Shown here piece by piece: positions 10,359 through 21,054 of a stretch of 64,000 nucleotides of DNA (position 1 is the stretch's first letter; each line of letters opens with the position of its first letter). Source of the DNA: Candidatus Methylomirabilota bacterium (GTDB lineage Bacteria; Methylomirabilota; Methylomirabilia; Rokubacteriales; CSP1-6); NCBI GenBank assembly GCA_035315345.1, contig DATFYA010000021.1:31674-95673 (forward strand), given 5' to 3'. The notes below the pieces were generated by a model that worked only from the letters and a program-made list of their open reading frames with translations, was not told the origin of the DNA and did not search any database. The position numbers were made by a program, and so were the translations under genes.

Positions 10359-11932
10359 CAGGCGCCCGGCTCCGCGTCCTCGCCGGCCGCGTCGGATTCG
10401 GCCGTGCCCCGCTCGAGGCGCAGATGCGGGAAGAGGATCACGTCCCGGATCGACGCCGAGTCGGTGAAGAGCATGGCGAGGCGGTCGATGCCGATGCCCT
10501 CGCCCGCGGTGGGCGGCAGCCCGTACTCGAGCGCGCGGACGAAATCCTCGTCCATCCAGTGGGCCTCCTCGTCTCCCCGCTCCCGCTCCGCGGCCTGCTG
10601 CTCGAAGCGGCGGCGCTGGTCGATGGGGTCGTTGAGCTCGGAGTAGGCGTTGGCGATCTCGCGCCGGCAGACGTAGAGCTCGAAGCGATCCACGAGGCGC
10701 GGCTGGCCCTGCTTCTGCTTGGAGAGCGGTGACAGCTCGATCGGGAAGTCCACCACGAAGGTGGGCTGCAACAGGGTGGGCTCCACCAGCGTGTCGAAGA
10801 CCTCCTTCCAGATCGCCACCACGCCCTGGTCGCCCCGCAGGATGGCCTGGGTCTTCCGGTCCGCCGCGAAGCCGCCGTGGCGGACCGCGGCCGCGCCCAG
10901 TGTGCCGGCATCGGTGTCGGGCGAGACCGTGGCTCCCACCGCCTCGCTGAGCCCCTCGAAGAAGGGCAGACGCCGCCACGGAGGGGCCAACCGCACCGTC
11001 TCCCCCTGGTAGGTGAGCGTGTCGCGGCCCAGCAGGCTCTGGCCGAGATGCAGAAACAGCTCCTCGGTGAGCTGCATCAAATCGTGGTAGTCGGCGTAGG
11101 CCTGGTAGAACTCCAGCATCGTGAACTCGGGATTGTGCTGCGTCGACACCCCTTCGTTGCGGAAGTTGCGATTGATCTCGTACACGCGGTCGAGCCCGCC
11201 CACCACCAATCGCTTGAGATACAGCTCCGGCGCGACGCGCAGGTACAGCGGCATGTCGAGGGCGTTGTGGTGCGTGACGAACGGCTTGGCCGCGGCGCCC
11301 CCCGGGATCGGCTGCATCATGGGGGTCTCCACCTCGAGGAAGCCCCGCGCGTCGAAGAAGGCGCGCAGCGCCGCGATGAGCCGGCTCTTCATCACGAACG
11401 TCTCGCGGACCTGCGGATTCACGATCAGGTCCACGTAGCGCCGGCGGTACCGGGTCTCCACGTCTTTCAAGCCGTGCCACTTCTCGGGCAGTGGCCGCAG
11501 GGCCTTGGTCAAGAACTCGAACTGCTTGACCGACACCGTGAGCTCGCCGGTGCGGGTGCGGAACAGCTCCCCGGTGACGCCGATGAAATCGCCCACGTCC
11601 AGGTCCACGAAGGTCGCGTAGAGGTCGGCCAGCACGTCGGCGCGCGCGTAGAGCTGGATCTGCCCCGACTGGTCGCGGAGGACCGCGAAGCAGCTCTTGC
11701 CGTGATGGCGCATCGCCATGACCCGGCCGGCCAGCGACACCGTGCCCGCGCTCTGCAGCTCCGCCTCGGCCGCCTCCTGGAACCGCCCCTGCAGCGTCCC
11801 GGCCCAGTGGGTCACCGGAAAGCGAGCGCCGAACGGATTGACGCCGCGGGCCTGCCAGGCCGCGAGCTTCTCGCGCCGCCGCCGCATCTGCTCGTTGGCG
11901 TCGGCGGGCTGGCCGGGGGGCGATGTCGTCAT
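10358..11932 (-). CDS. lysS: lysine--tRNA ligase (class II)
   Basis: 524 aa with an N-terminal OB anticodon-binding domain and class II motifs (motif 2 FRNEG, motif 3 GIGIDRL). This is the classic LysS architecture. Confidence 0.95.
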   Translation of the reverse strand: MTTSPPGQPADANEQMRRRREKLAAWQARGVNPFGARFPVTHWAGTLQGRFQEAAEAELQSAGTVSLAGRVMAMRHHGKSCFAVLRDQSGQIQLYARADVLADLYATFVDLDVGDFIGVTGELFRTRTGELTVSVKQFEFLTKALRPLPEKWHGLKDVETRYRRRYVDLIVNPQVRETFVMKSRLIAALRAFFDARGFLEVETPMMQPIPGGAAAKPFVTHHNALDMPLYLRVAPELYLKRLVVGGLDRVYEINRNFRNEGVSTQHNPEFTMLEFYQAYADYHDLMQLTEELFLHLGQSLLGRDTLTYQGETVRLAPPWRRLPFFEGLSEAVGATVSPDTDAGTLGAAAVRHGGFAADRKTQAILRGDQGVVAIWKEVFDTLVEPTLLQPTFVVDFPIELSPLSKQKQGQPRLVDRFELYVCRREIANAYSELNDPIDQRRRFEQQAAERERGDEEAHWMDEDFVRALEYGLPPTAGEGIGIDRLAMLFTDSASIRDVILFPHLRLERGTAESDAAGEDAEPGA

Positions 11933-11933
11933 C

Positions 11934-13041
11934 TCACGCCTGGGAGCCGGGCCGCGCCGCGGTCAGGAAGGCGCGGATGAAGGGGTCGAGCCCTCCGTCC
12001 ATCACCGCTTCGACGTTGCCGACCTCGATGCCAGTGCGGTGGTCCTTGATGATCTGGTAGGGCGCGAACGTGTAGGTGCGGATCTGGCTGCCGAAGGCGA
12101 TCTCCTTCTTCTCGCCGGTCAGGTCGGCTAGCTCCTGCTTCTGCTTCTGCTCGTAGATCTGGAAGAGCCGCGCCTTGAGGATGCGCATCGCAGTGTCGCG
12201 GTTGCGAAGCTGCGAGCGCTCGTTCTGACAGGCCACCACGAGGCCGCTCGGCAGGTGGGTGATGCGGACCGCCGAGTCCGCGGTGTTGACGCCCTGCCCG
12301 CCCGGCCCCGAGGAGCGATAGACGTCGATCCGGAGGTCCTCGTCGCGCACGACCACCTCGACGTCCTCCACCTCGGGAATCACCGCCACCGAGGCGAACG
12401 AGGTGTGGCGACGGCGCGAGGCATCGAAGGGGGAGATGCGGATCAGCCGGTGAACGCCGGTCTCGCCCTTGAGGTGTCCGTAGGCGTACTCGCCGCTCAT
12501 CTCGATCGTGGCCGACTTGATGCCGGCCTCTTCCCCGGCGAGCAGATCGACCACCTCGGCCTTGAAGCCTGCCCGCTCCGCCCATCGCAGGTACATGCGC
12601 ATGAGCATCTGCGCCCAGTCCTGCGATTCGGTGCCGCCGGCCCCGGGGTGGATGGAAAGAATCGCGTTCTTTCGGTCCTCTGGCCTCGAGAGGGTGATCT
12701 TCATCTCGAAGGCCTCGACCTCATCATTGAGGCTCCGGAGGCTCTGCTGGATCTCGGCGGTCATGCTCTCGTCCGAGGCCTCGGTCGCCATCTCCCAGAG
12801 TAGCCGGGTCTCCTCGGCGCGGCCGGCCAGATCCTTGAATGTGCCGACGGTGCGGGCCAGCTCGGCGCGCTCCTGAACGAGGGCCTGCGCCTTGCGGGTG
12901 TCCTCCCAGAAGGAAGGCGAGGACATCTCGGCGTCGATCAGAGCGAGGCGGGTCTCCTTGGCCGGGACGTCAAAGATGCCCTCGGAGGTCGTCGAGCCGC
13001 TTGTCCAGCTCCGCCACGTCGCGCTTCAGCTCGCCTAGCAC
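11934..13041 (-). CDS. prfB: peptide chain release factor 2, two ORFs joined by a programmed +1 frameshift
   Basis: The main ORF (11934..12926) aligns to RF2 from about residue 45, including the SPF and GGQ motifs. The upstream frame reads (GTG)[22 protein letters not shown] and ends at CTT TGA C (about 12975..12970), with an SD-like GAGGG before it. The next frame continues [19 protein letters not shown]... Confidence 0.9.
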
Positions 13042-14588
13042 GACGCGGGAGACCTCCGGTAGTAGGCGACGCCGGCTGCGGCCCCGCCGAGCGCGGCACT
13101 GAGGTATACCAGCCAGTCGCCGAGCCGCGTGTAGAGCGTGCTGCGGGTACGCAGCGGGATCCGCCGGGCGAGCACGCCGCGCTCCAGTAGCGGGAGCATG
13201 GGCTCGATCCGCCCGGTCGGCGCCACGAAAGCCGAGACGCCGGTGTTGGCGGCCCGCGCGATGGCAACGCGATGCTCGACCGCGCGCAGCGGCAGCGTCC
13301 CCAGATGCTGCCAGGGGCCGCTCGTCTCGCCGAACCACGCGTCGTTGGTGATGTTGGCCATGAAGCTCGCTCCGCGGACCACGAATCCCCGGAACAGCTC
13401 CGGGAAGATGACCTCGTAACAGATCACGGTTCCGAAGGGCGCGCCCGGCAGCGGAAAGACGGTCTCGACCTCGCCCACGCCGAACTCCGAGATGAACTCG
13501 GCCCAGCCCTTGACGAATCCGAGCAGACCCGCGAGCGGGACGTACTCGCCGAACGGAACGAGATGAATCTTATCATACTTGCCCGTAATCCCTTGTCCGC
13601 TCAGGAGAAATGCGCTGTTCAGGAACTGCCCGCCGGGGCCGTCGCGCCGGTCGAGCGAGCCCACCAGGATGGGCACGCCGATGGCAGCCGACAATCGGGT
13701 GAGCCGCTCGAGCAGCGCCGGGTCGCCGCGCAGGAAAATCGTCGTGGCGGTCTCCGGCCAGAGCACGACGGCGGGCTTGCTCCGCGCGGCCTCGCGGGTC
13801 AGGGCCTCGTAGATGTCGAGGACCTGCGCGTGACGCGTCGGATCCCACTTGATGGTCTGCTCGATCGAGGGCTGGATCACCGCTACCGGCACCGACGCGG
13901 AGCCCGCGGTCGTCGCGTCCGGCTGCACCGCGAGCGTCCGCACGCCGAAGCCGCAGGAGGCCACCAGCAGCACGGTGGCCGCCGCGACGCCCGGCCACGC
14001 CCGCGCCGGACCCAGCGCGAGCAGCGCGGTCAACGCCGCGTTGATCGCGACGATCAGGAGCGACACCGCGTACACGCCACCCAGCTCCGCGATCTGGATC
14101 ACGGCCAGCTGAGCGGATTGCGAGTAGCCCAGCAGCCCCCACGGGAACCCGCCCATCAGGTGACCGCGTACCCACTCCCCCGCGATCCAGAGACACGGGG
14201 CGAGCGCCAGCGCCCACCCGGCGCCGAGCCCTCGCCGAATCCACGCGACGCCGGCGGCCACCAGGCCCGTGTAGAGACCGCAGTACGCGGCCAGCAAGGC
14301 GATGGGCAGCCACGTCACCGGCCACGGGATCGCGCTGTAGTGGAGGAACGTGTAGTCGAGCCAGCGCAGGAGCACGACGTAGAAAACGGTGCCCGCGATC
14401 CAGCCGTCGAGCAGCGCGGGTCGCGGAGCCCGGGTCGCCCCCGAATACAGCGAGGGCACCAGCCACACCCACGCGAGCGCGGCCCAGCCCGGCTTCGGGA
14501 AGGCCAGCGCGCCGAGCACGCCGGAGGCGGCGAGGAGGAGAACGGAGACGGCGGTCCGGCCCCGGCTCGCGCCCGGGTCACGCTCCAT
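13035..14588 (-). CDS. lnt: apolipoprotein N-acyltransferase Lnt
   Basis: Multi-TM N-terminal domain followed by a CN-hydrolase (nitrilase) domain containing the catalytic E, K and C (...ICYEVIFPEL...). The likely start is MERDPGAS at about 14588; the ORF-track start at 14660 is an extension. Confidence 0.85.
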   Translation of the reverse strand: MERDPGASRGRTAVSVLLLAASGVLGALAFPKPGWAALAWVWLVPSLYSGATRAPRPALLDGWIAGTVFYVVLLRWLDYTFLHYSAIPWPVTWLPIALLAAYCGLYTGLVAAGVAWIRRGLGAGWALALAPCLWIAGEWVRGHLMGGFPWGLLGYSQSAQLAVIQIAELGGVYAVSLLIVAINAALTALLALGPARAWPGVAAATVLLVASCGFGVRTLAVQPDATTAGSASVPVAVIQPSIEQTIKWDPTRHAQVLDIYEALTREAARSKPAVVLWPETATTIFLRGDPALLERLTRLSAAIGVPILVGSLDRRDGPGGQFLNSAFLLSGQGITGKYDKIHLVPFGEYVPLAGLLGFVKGWAEFISEFGVGEVETVFPLPGAPFGTVICYEVIFPELFRGFVVRGASFMANITNDAWFGETSGPWQHLGTLPLRAVEHRVAIARAANTGVSAFVAPTGRIEPMLPLLERGVLARRIPLRTRSTLYTRLGDWLVYLSAALGGAAAGVAYYRRSPASC

Positions 14589-15320
14589 GAGCGAGCCGCT
14601 CGGCCAGCTTTCGCGGCAGCCCCGCCGCGAGGATCTTGCCGGCGGCGGCCACGTGGTCATACGGCACGCGGCGGATCGTCACGGTGCGCGCCTCGCGGTC
14701 CCAGAGCGCGTAGCTGGCGCGCGGGTCGCGGTCTCGCGGCTGGCCCACGCTGCCCACGTTGATCAGATAGCGGCGGCCGTCGTCGAGCCGCACCTGCGCC
14801 ACCGGCGTGTCGAGGCGCCCGACGTGATCCGGGCCCCCGCTGCCCACCGACCAGAAGCCGGGCACGTGCGAATGTCCCACGAAGCAGAGCCGCGTCGCGA
14901 AGTCGCCGAACACGCCGAGGCCGTCCTCCTCCGAGAGCAGGTAGTCCCACTCCTCGGGGCTGCGCGGGCTCGCGTGCACGAGGGTGGCCTCCTCGTGGGA
15001 CCGCATCAAGGGCAGGCCGCCGAGAAAGTCCCGGTGTCCCGGGTCGAGCTGGCCGCCCGTCCAGAGCGCGGCCGCGCGCGCCCACGGATTGAACCAGCGC
15101 AGGTCCAGCAACCCGAGCGCGCCGTGCTCGTGGTTGCCCGCGACCATCGCGGTCGCCCGCTCACCCACTCGCTCCACGCAGGCCACCGGATCGGCGCCGT
15201 AGCCGACCAGGTCGCCCAGGCAGAGGATCGCGTGCGCGCCCTCCGAGGCCGCGTCCGCGAGCACCGCGGTGAGCGCTTCCAGGTTGGCGTGAACGTCAGA
15301 GATGACCGCGTAGCGGATGG
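14578..15320 (-). CDS. metallophosphoesterase (calcineurin-like)
   Basis: The conserved N-terminal motif IRYAVISDVHAN lies upstream of the ORF-track GTG start at 15264. No canonical start codon occurs in frame between the nusB stop and the DVH motif, so the start is uncertain (ATC at about 15320 is a candidate). Confidence 0.65.
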
Positions 15321-15330
15321 CGGGTCCCGA

Positions 15331-15747
15331 TCAGGACGCGGGAGCCTGCTCTTTGTGGATGCGGTCGAGGATCCCGTTGATGAAGCGACTCGACTCGTGC
15401 GTGCTGAACTTCTTCGCGACCTCCAGCGCCTCGTTGATCGCGACCTTGGGCGGGACGCCGCTCGTCCACCGCAGCTCGAAGATGCCCTGACGAAGGATGT
15501 TGCGGTCCACCACCGCCATGCGGTCCAGCTCCCAGTTCTCCGCGTAGCGGGCGATGAGCTCGTCGATCTCCGCCTCGTGCGTCTTGGTTCCGCGCACGAG
15601 CGACTCCGCGAACTCTCGCGCCTCCGGATCCACCGGGTGGCGGAGCCAGAAGTCGTCGAGATGCGGCTGGGGATTGCCCTCGCCCTGCACGTCGAGCTGG
15701 TAGAGGAGCTGCAGGGCGAGCTCGCGGGCCTTCCGGCGGCGGCCCAT
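15331..15747 (-). CDS. nusB: transcription antitermination factor NusB
   Basis: About 138 aa, MGRRRKARELALQLLYQLDVQG... in typical NusB form. Its ATG overlaps the ribH stop (ATGA at 15745..15749). The ORF-track start at 16026 is an extension. Confidence 0.9.
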   Translation of the reverse strand: MGRRRKARELALQLLYQLDVQGEGNPQPHLDDFWLRHPVDPEAREFAESLVRGTKTHEAEIDELIARYAENWELDRMAVVDRNILRQGIFELRWTSGVPPKVAINEALEVAKKFSTHESSRFINGILDRIHKEQAPAS

Positions 15748-16265
15748 CAGTGGGCGCTCCCTCGGCGGGCCCGCGCGGTCGGGCGCCGGGCCGAGCGCCC
15801 GCGGAGCCACCCCGCCATCTCCAGCGCGGCCAGCGCCGCCTCCTCGCCGCGATTGCCGACCGCGCCGCCGGCCCGCTCCCAAGCCTGCTCCTCGGTCAGC
15901 GCGGTGATTACCCCGAAGGTCACCGGCAGCCCGGTGTCGAGCCCGGCGCGAAGGATGCCGTGCGCGGCCACGCTGCACACGTAGTCGAAGTGCGGCGTCG
16001 CGCCCTTGATGACCACGCCCACGCACACCACACCCGCGAACCGGCGGCTCCGGGCCAGGGCGAGCGCCGCGAGGGGCAGCTCGAAGGAGCCGGGTACCCA
16101 GTGCACCTCCGCCGCCTCGCCGGTCACGCCGTGAGCGGCCAGGGCGCCGAGGGCGCCGTCGAGCAGCTTCTTGGAGATCGGCTCGTTGAAGCGCGCGGCG
16201 ACCACCGCGAAGCGCTGCCCGCGGGCGGCGGGGGCGACTCGGCGCTTCGGAGCGATGCCGGCCAT
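15747..16265 (-). CDS. ribH: 6,7-dimethyl-8-ribityllumazine synthase
   Basis: 172 aa of the RibH/lumazine synthase family (FAVVAARFNE...GVVIKGATPHFDYV). It lies within the nusB-ribH-ribBA-ribE-ribD operon. Confidence 0.9.
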   Translation of the reverse strand: MAGIAPKRRVAPAARGQRFAVVAARFNEPISKKLLDGALGALAAHGVTGEAAEVHWVPGSFELPLAALALARSRRFAGVVCVGVVIKGATPHFDYVCSVAAHGILRAGLDTGLPVTFGVITALTEEQAWERAGGAVGNRGEEAALAALEMAGWLRGRSARRPTARARRGSAH

Positions 16266-16269
16266 GGCG

Positions 16270-17487
16270 CTAGTCCGGGAAGGACGAGAAGAGGTGGCCG
16301 AGCTTCTCGCGCTTGGTGCGGAGGTAGCTCCGGTTGGCCTCGGTGGCCGGGACCTCGAGCGGCAGCCGCTCCACCACCCGGAGGCCGTAGCCTTCGATGC
16401 CGACGATCTTCTTCGGGTTGTTCGTGAGAATCTTGAGATTGCGCACCCCGAGATCCACCAGGATCTGCGCGCCGATGCCGTAGTGGCGCAGGTCGGCCCG
16501 GAAGCCCAGCGCGTGATTGGCCTCGACGGTGTCCTTGCCCTGGTCTTGCAGCTCGTAGGCTTTGAGCTTGTTGAGCAGGCCGATCCCCCGCCCCTCCTGC
16601 CGCATGTACACGAGCACCCCGCGCCGCTCGTGCTGGATGATGGCGAGCGCCTTGTGCAGCTGGGAGCCGCAGTCGCAGCGGTGCGAGCCGAACACGTCGC
16701 CGGTCAGGCACTCCGAGTGCACCCGGACCAGCACCGGCTCGTCGGTCTTGACGTCGCCCAACACCAGGGCCAGCGGCAACCGCTCGTCCACCGTGGTCTC
16801 GTAGGCGATCACCTGGAAGTCGCCGTGCTCGGTGGGCATGCGAGTGATGGCGGCCCGCCGCACGAGCTTCTCCTTGTGGATCCGGTACTCGATGAGCGCC
16901 TTGATCGTGATCGCCTTGAGGCGATACTCGCGGCCGAGCGTCATCAGCTCGGGGAGGCGGGCCATCCCGCCTTCCTGGTCGAGGACCTCGCAGATCACCC
17001 CGGCGGGCGCGAAGCCGGCGAGTCGCGCCAGATCGACCGCGGCCTCGGTGTGTCCGGCCCGCCGCAGCACGCCCCCGGGCATCGCCCGCAGCGGAAAGAT
17101 GTGGCCGGGACGCGTGAGGTCCTCGGCCCGCGTCGACGGGTCGACGAGCGTGCGAATGGTGACCGCCCGGTCGTACGCCGAGGTGCCGGTGGTGACGCCG
17201 CGCCGGGCGTCCACGCTGACCGTGAACGCGGTGCCGAGGGGGGCGGTGTTGTCGGAGACCATCATGGAGATCTGCAGCTCGTCGAGCCGCTCGCCCAGCA
17301 TCGGCATGCAGATGAGGCCCCGGCCGAACTTGGCCATGAAGTTGACCGCCTCCGGGGTGGCCTTCTCGGCGGCCATGAGGAGATCGCCCTCGTTCTCGCG
17401 GTCCTCGTCGTCGACCACGATGAGCATCCGCCCCATGCGGATCTCCTCGATGCCCTCCTCGATCGTGACGAACTCGGCTTCGCTCAC
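16270..17487 (-). CDS. ribBA: bifunctional 3,4-dihydroxy-2-butanone-4-phosphate synthase / GTP cyclohydrolase II
   Basis: About 405 aa with a DHBP synthase N-terminal half and a GTP cyclohydrolase II C-terminal half (CxCGxQL...). The GTG start at about 17487 overlaps the ribE stop (GTGA). The 900-aa ORF-track call is an extension. Confidence 0.9.
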   Translation of the reverse strand: MSEAEFVTIEEGIEEIRMGRMLIVVDDEDRENEGDLLMAAEKATPEAVNFMAKFGRGLICMPMLGERLDELQISMMVSDNTAPLGTAFTVSVDARRGVTTGTSAYDRAVTIRTLVDPSTRAEDLTRPGHIFPLRAMPGGVLRRAGHTEAAVDLARLAGFAPAGVICEVLDQEGGMARLPELMTLGREYRLKAITIKALIEYRIHKEKLVRRAAITRMPTEHGDFQVIAYETTVDERLPLALVLGDVKTDEPVLVRVHSECLTGDVFGSHRCDCGSQLHKALAIIQHERRGVLVYMRQEGRGIGLLNKLKAYELQDQGKDTVEANHALGFRADLRHYGIGAQILVDLGVRNLKILTNNPKKIVGIEGYGLRVVERLPLEVPATEANRSYLRTKREKLGHLFSSFPD

Positions 17488-18083
17488 GGTGACCCCTCTC
17501 TCGTCTGCAGCTGCAGGATCCGCTGCACGTACTTGCCGATCATGTCCATCTCCAGGTTCACGTGCCGGCCCGGCACCAGCGAGCCCAGCGTGGTCATCGC
17601 CAGCGTGTGCGGGATGATCATGATTTCGAAGTCCCGCGCGTTCAAGCGCGCCACCGTCAGGCTCACGCCGTCCACCGCCACCGATCCTTGCGGGATCAGC
17701 AAGGCAGCCAGCGCCCGGTCCCGCCATTCTATCGTGAGCCGGGCGGTCTCTGCCTCGCGGGTGAAGGCGGTGACCACGCCCACCCCGTCGACGTGTCCCT
17801 GCACGAGATGGCCGCCCACCATCCCACCCAGCCGCATCGGCCGCTCCAGGTTGACCGGATCGCCGGCGGTGAGCTCGCCGAGCGCGGTACGAGCCAGCGT
17901 CTCCGGGCCGACGTCGAAGCGGAGCCGCTTGGGTCCGCGCTCCACCACGGTGAGGCAGGCCCCGTTGACCGCCACGCTGGCCCCGAGCTCGCTGTCCTCC
18001 GGCACACGGTCCGCGGAGACGACGAGGCGGGGCCCGTCTCGCTCGACGACTCGTCCCATCTCCTCGATCAGGCCGGTGAACAT
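17484..18083 (-). CDS. ribE: riboflavin synthase alpha subunit
   Basis: 199 aa with duplicated lumazine-binding repeats, starting [10 protein letters not shown]. Confidence 0.9.
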   Translation of the reverse strand: MFTGLIEEMGRVVERDGPRLVVSADRVPEDSELGASVAVNGACLTVVERGPKRLRFDVGPETLARTALGELTAGDPVNLERPMRLGGMVGGHLVQGHVDGVGVVTAFTREAETARLTIEWRDRALAALLIPQGSVAVDGVSLTVARLNARDFEIMIIPHTLAMTTLGSLVPGRHVNLEMDMIGKYVQRILQLQTREGSP

Positions 18084-18086
18084 GGG

Positions 18087-19193
18087 TCAGGCGTTCGCCC
18101 CGCGGGACACGTTGGCCTCGATCAGCCAGTCGTCGCCGAGGGGGCGGGCCGTGACGTCGGTCAGGCGGACCGCGTCGCCGAGACCGAGGCCGGCGCCGCC
18201 GGTGGGCACCGGCGCGCCGGCCCCGCCGAGGAGCATCGGGGCGATGAACGCGGCCACGCGATCCACGAGTCCGGCGTCGAGGAACGCGCCGCCGACCCCG
18301 CCGCCCGCTTCGAGCAGGACCGCGGTGACGTCGAGGCCGTACAACCGCCCGCAGACGTCCGCCACGTCCACCTGCCCCTCCCGCGACTTGCACGGCAGCA
18401 CGGTGACTCCCGCGGACTCGAGCGCGGCCACCCGGGAGGCCGGCGCGTCCTCGCCCACCGCGACCAGGATCCGCCCGGGCGTGCCGGTGCGCCGCATCGC
18501 CGCGGTGAGCGGGAAGCGGGCGCGGCTGTCCACGACCACGCGATACGGCTCGCGCGGCCATGGAGGCTCGAGGCGCACGGTCAACGACGGATCGTCGGCG
18601 AGCACGGTGCCGATGCCGGTGACGATGGCGTCGCTCTGGCTCCGCAGGCGGTGCGCCTCGAGCCGCGCGGGGGGCCCGGTGATCCAGCGCGCGGTGCGAT
18701 CGAACGCGGCGATCTTGCCGTCGAGGGTCATCGCCCATTTCATCGTCACGTGCGGCCGCTGGCGGTCGATCGCGGTGAAGAAGACACGATTGAGATCGCG
18801 GGCCTCGCGCTCGAGGAGGCCGGTGGTCACCTCGATGCCCGCCGCGATCAGTGCCGCGGTCCCGCCTCCGGTCACGCGCGGGTTGGGATCGCGCGTGGCC
18901 GAGACCACCCGCCGGATCCCGGCCCGGATGATGGCCCCCACACAGGGCGGGGTGCGGCCGGAGTGATTGCACGGCTCGAGGTTGACGTAGAGGGTGGCGC
19001 CGCGCGCGCGCGCACCGGCGTGGGTCAGCGCGACCGCCTCGGCGTGCGGCCCCCCGGCCCGCTCGTGGAATCCCTCGGCGATCAGGACGTCACCCCGGGC
19101 CACCACCGCGCCCACCATGGGGTTGGGCGACGTGAGCCCGCGTCCCTGCGTGGCCAGGGTCAACGCCCTCGCCATCCATCCGATGTCGTCCAT
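18087..19193 (-). CDS. ribD: bifunctional riboflavin biosynthesis protein RibD (deaminase/reductase)
   Basis: 368 aa. The N-terminal CMP/dCMP deaminase zinc motif (HAE...PCxxC) is followed by a RibD C-terminal reductase domain. Confidence 0.9.
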   Translation of the reverse strand: MDDIGWMARALTLATQGRGLTSPNPMVGAVVARGDVLIAEGFHERAGGPHAEAVALTHAGARARGATLYVNLEPCNHSGRTPPCVGAIIRAGIRRVVSATRDPNPRVTGGGTAALIAAGIEVTTGLLEREARDLNRVFFTAIDRQRPHVTMKWAMTLDGKIAAFDRTARWITGPPARLEAHRLRSQSDAIVTGIGTVLADDPSLTVRLEPPWPREPYRVVVDSRARFPLTAAMRRTGTPGRILVAVGEDAPASRVAALESAGVTVLPCKSREGQVDVADVCGRLYGLDVTAVLLEAGGGVGGAFLDAGLVDRVAAFIAPMLLGGAGAPVPTGGAGLGLGDAVRLTDVTARPLGDDWLIEANVSRGANA

Positions 19194-19220
19194 GGTCCCT
19201 CCGCGGCCTCGCGGAGGATT

Positions 19221-20168
19221 CTACCGCGCCGGCCCGCCCTCCGGCTGCTCCCCGAGCATGGCGTCCACGAACGTCTTCGGATCGAAGACCTGGAGGTCCT
19301 CGATCTGCTCGCCCACTCCCACGAGCTTGATCGGCACCGCCAGCTCCTGGTGGATGCGGATGGCGATGCCGCCCTTGGCGGTGCCGTCGAGCTTGGTCAG
19401 CACGAGTCCGGTCAGGCCCACCGCCTCGTGGAACATGCGAGCCTGCTGGAGGCCGTTCTGCCCGGTCGGCGCCTCCATCACCATGAGCGACTCGTGGGGC
19501 GAGCCCGGCAGCTGGCGCCCCAGCACGCGCTTGAGCTTGGCCAGCTCGTCCATCAGGTTGGACTTGGTGTGGAGGCGGCCGGCGGTGTCCACCAGCAGCA
19601 CGTCGCAGTCCCGCGACGTGGCCGCCTTCACCGCGTCGAAGACCACCGCGGCCGGATCCGCGCCCGCGGCCTGATGGATGACCTCGATCTGGATCCGCCG
19701 CCCCCATTCCTGGAGCTGCTCGATCGCGGCCGCCCGGAAGGTGTCGGCCGCCGCCATCAGCACCTGCTTGCCGTCCGCCTTCAGCGAGGCCGCGAGCTTG
19801 GCGGTGCTGGTGGTCTTGCCCGCGCCATTGACGCCCAGCATGAGGACGACCGCCGGGTGATGCTCCAGCGATAGCGGGGCGCCCGCCCCGGCCAGGGCTT
19901 CCTCGAGGAAGCGGTGGAGCGCGAGCCTCACGTCGGCGGACGAGGACACCCGGCCGCGCTTCACCTCGTCCCGGACGCGCTTGACGAAGGCCGACGCGGT
20001 CGGCGCGCCGAGATCCGCCGCGATGAGCGTCTCCTCCAGCTCATCGAGCATCGCCTCATCGACCGGTCGGGCGATCGAGAGGACGGCGCCGAGCCCCTCG
20101 TCCATGAGCTCGCGGGTCCGCCGGAGCCCCTGGCGGACTCGCTCCCCGAAGGAGCCGAATAGACTCAC
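19221..20168 (-). CDS. ftsY: signal recognition particle receptor FtsY
   Basis: NG domain with the GTPase motifs GVNGAGKTT and DTAGR. The likely GTG start (VSLFGSF...) at about 20168 overlaps the stop of the upstream gene (GTGA). The ORF-track start at 20318 is an extension. Confidence 0.9.
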   Translation of the reverse strand: MSLFGSFGERVRQGLRRTRELMDEGLGAVLSIARPVDEAMLDELEETLIAADLGAPTASAFVKRVRDEVKRGRVSSSADVRLALHRFLEEALAGAGAPLSLEHHPAVVLMLGVNGAGKTTSTAKLAASLKADGKQVLMAAADTFRAAAIEQLQEWGRRIQIEVIHQAAGADPAAVVFDAVKAATSRDCDVLLVDTAGRLHTKSNLMDELAKLKRVLGRQLPGSPHESLMVMEAPTGQNGLQQARMFHEAVGLTGLVLTKLDGTAKGGIAIRIHQELAVPIKLVGVGEQIEDLQVFDPKTFVDAMLGEQPEGGPAR

Positions 20169-21034
20169 GAGCCGGAGGCGGCGGGCGGCGGGGGAAGCTC
20201 GAGACGCTGGATCACGGTGCCCTTTGCCCCGAGGGCCGGCAGGGCTTTCCCGTTCAGGGTGACCTCGACCCCGCCGGCGTTCCCGATGGTGACCACGAAG
20301 CGGCGCTGGGTGGCCCACTCTCGGCTTGCGCCCGCCGGCAGCAGCTCCTCGACCACCCGGCCGTCGTCGGTCTGGACCCGGATCCAGCTGGCCTCCACCG
20401 CCCGGATCAAGAGCCGCTGGGGACCGGCAAGCGAGGGCTCCGCCTTCGCGAGGGGGCTCGACGCCGGATTCGGAGCCGGGGTGCTCCCGAGGCGTACGGG
20501 GTCCGGCACGGACGCCGGCTTTGCGGGCTGAGGGACGGCTGGGCCGGGCGGCGGCGCCGGTGCGATCGAAGGTGACGGACTCGACACGGGTGCCGCCGAT
20601 TCATCGGCCTCTATTTTTGTTGCGGCGACGGAGGTTCCACCGGTTCGCCTCATCGCCAGGTTCAGCACGAGAAGGCTGCCCCCCAGGATCACCAGGAGGG
20701 CCAGCCCTACCGCGACCGAGCTGAGGGCCCACGTCGTCCGGGGCCGCGGGGGCGTGCTGGCCGCCGCGGCGGCCGCCTGGACGCCGGCCAGGGTCTGGTA
20801 CCGGTCGAGGGCAGTCTGGGGATCCTCGCGGAGAAATCCGCAGTAGGCCCGGATGAAGCCGCGCACGAAGACGGGAGACGGGAGGTCGGCCAGACGCTCC
20901 TCCTCGAGGGCTTCGAGATGGCGAATGCCCACCCGGGTGGAGCGGGCCATGTCCTCGAGCGACGCCTGCTTGGCTTCCCGCAGGGACCGGAGGTGGCTGC
21001 CGAGCGACCCCGCAGCGGATTCAGCCTGCCGCAT
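20165..21034 (-). CDS. rodZ: RodZ-like cytoskeleton protein (HTH_XRE + TM + Pro/Ala-rich linker + DUF4115-like C-terminus)
   Basis: An N-terminal helix-turn-helix is followed by one TM helix (LALLVILGGSLLVL) and a P/A/S-rich low-complexity linker. The C-terminal beta-rich domain ends ...VTIGNAGGVEVTLNG, as in RodZ. Confidence 0.55.
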   Translation of the reverse strand: MRQAESAAGSLGSHLRSLREAKQASLEDMARSTRVGIRHLEALEEERLADLPSPVFVRGFIRAYCGFLREDPQTALDRYQTLAGVQAAAAAASTPPRPRTTWALSSVAVGLALLVILGGSLLVLNLAMRRTGGTSVAATKIEADESAAPVSSPSPSIAPAPPPGPAVPQPAKPASVPDPVRLGSTPAPNPASSPLAKAEPSLAGPQRLLIRAVEASWIRVQTDDGRVVEELLPAGASREWATQRRFVVTIGNAGGVEVTLNGKALPALGAKGTVIQRLELPPPPAASGS

Positions 21035-21054
21035 GCGGACCAGTGTAGCGCAGG

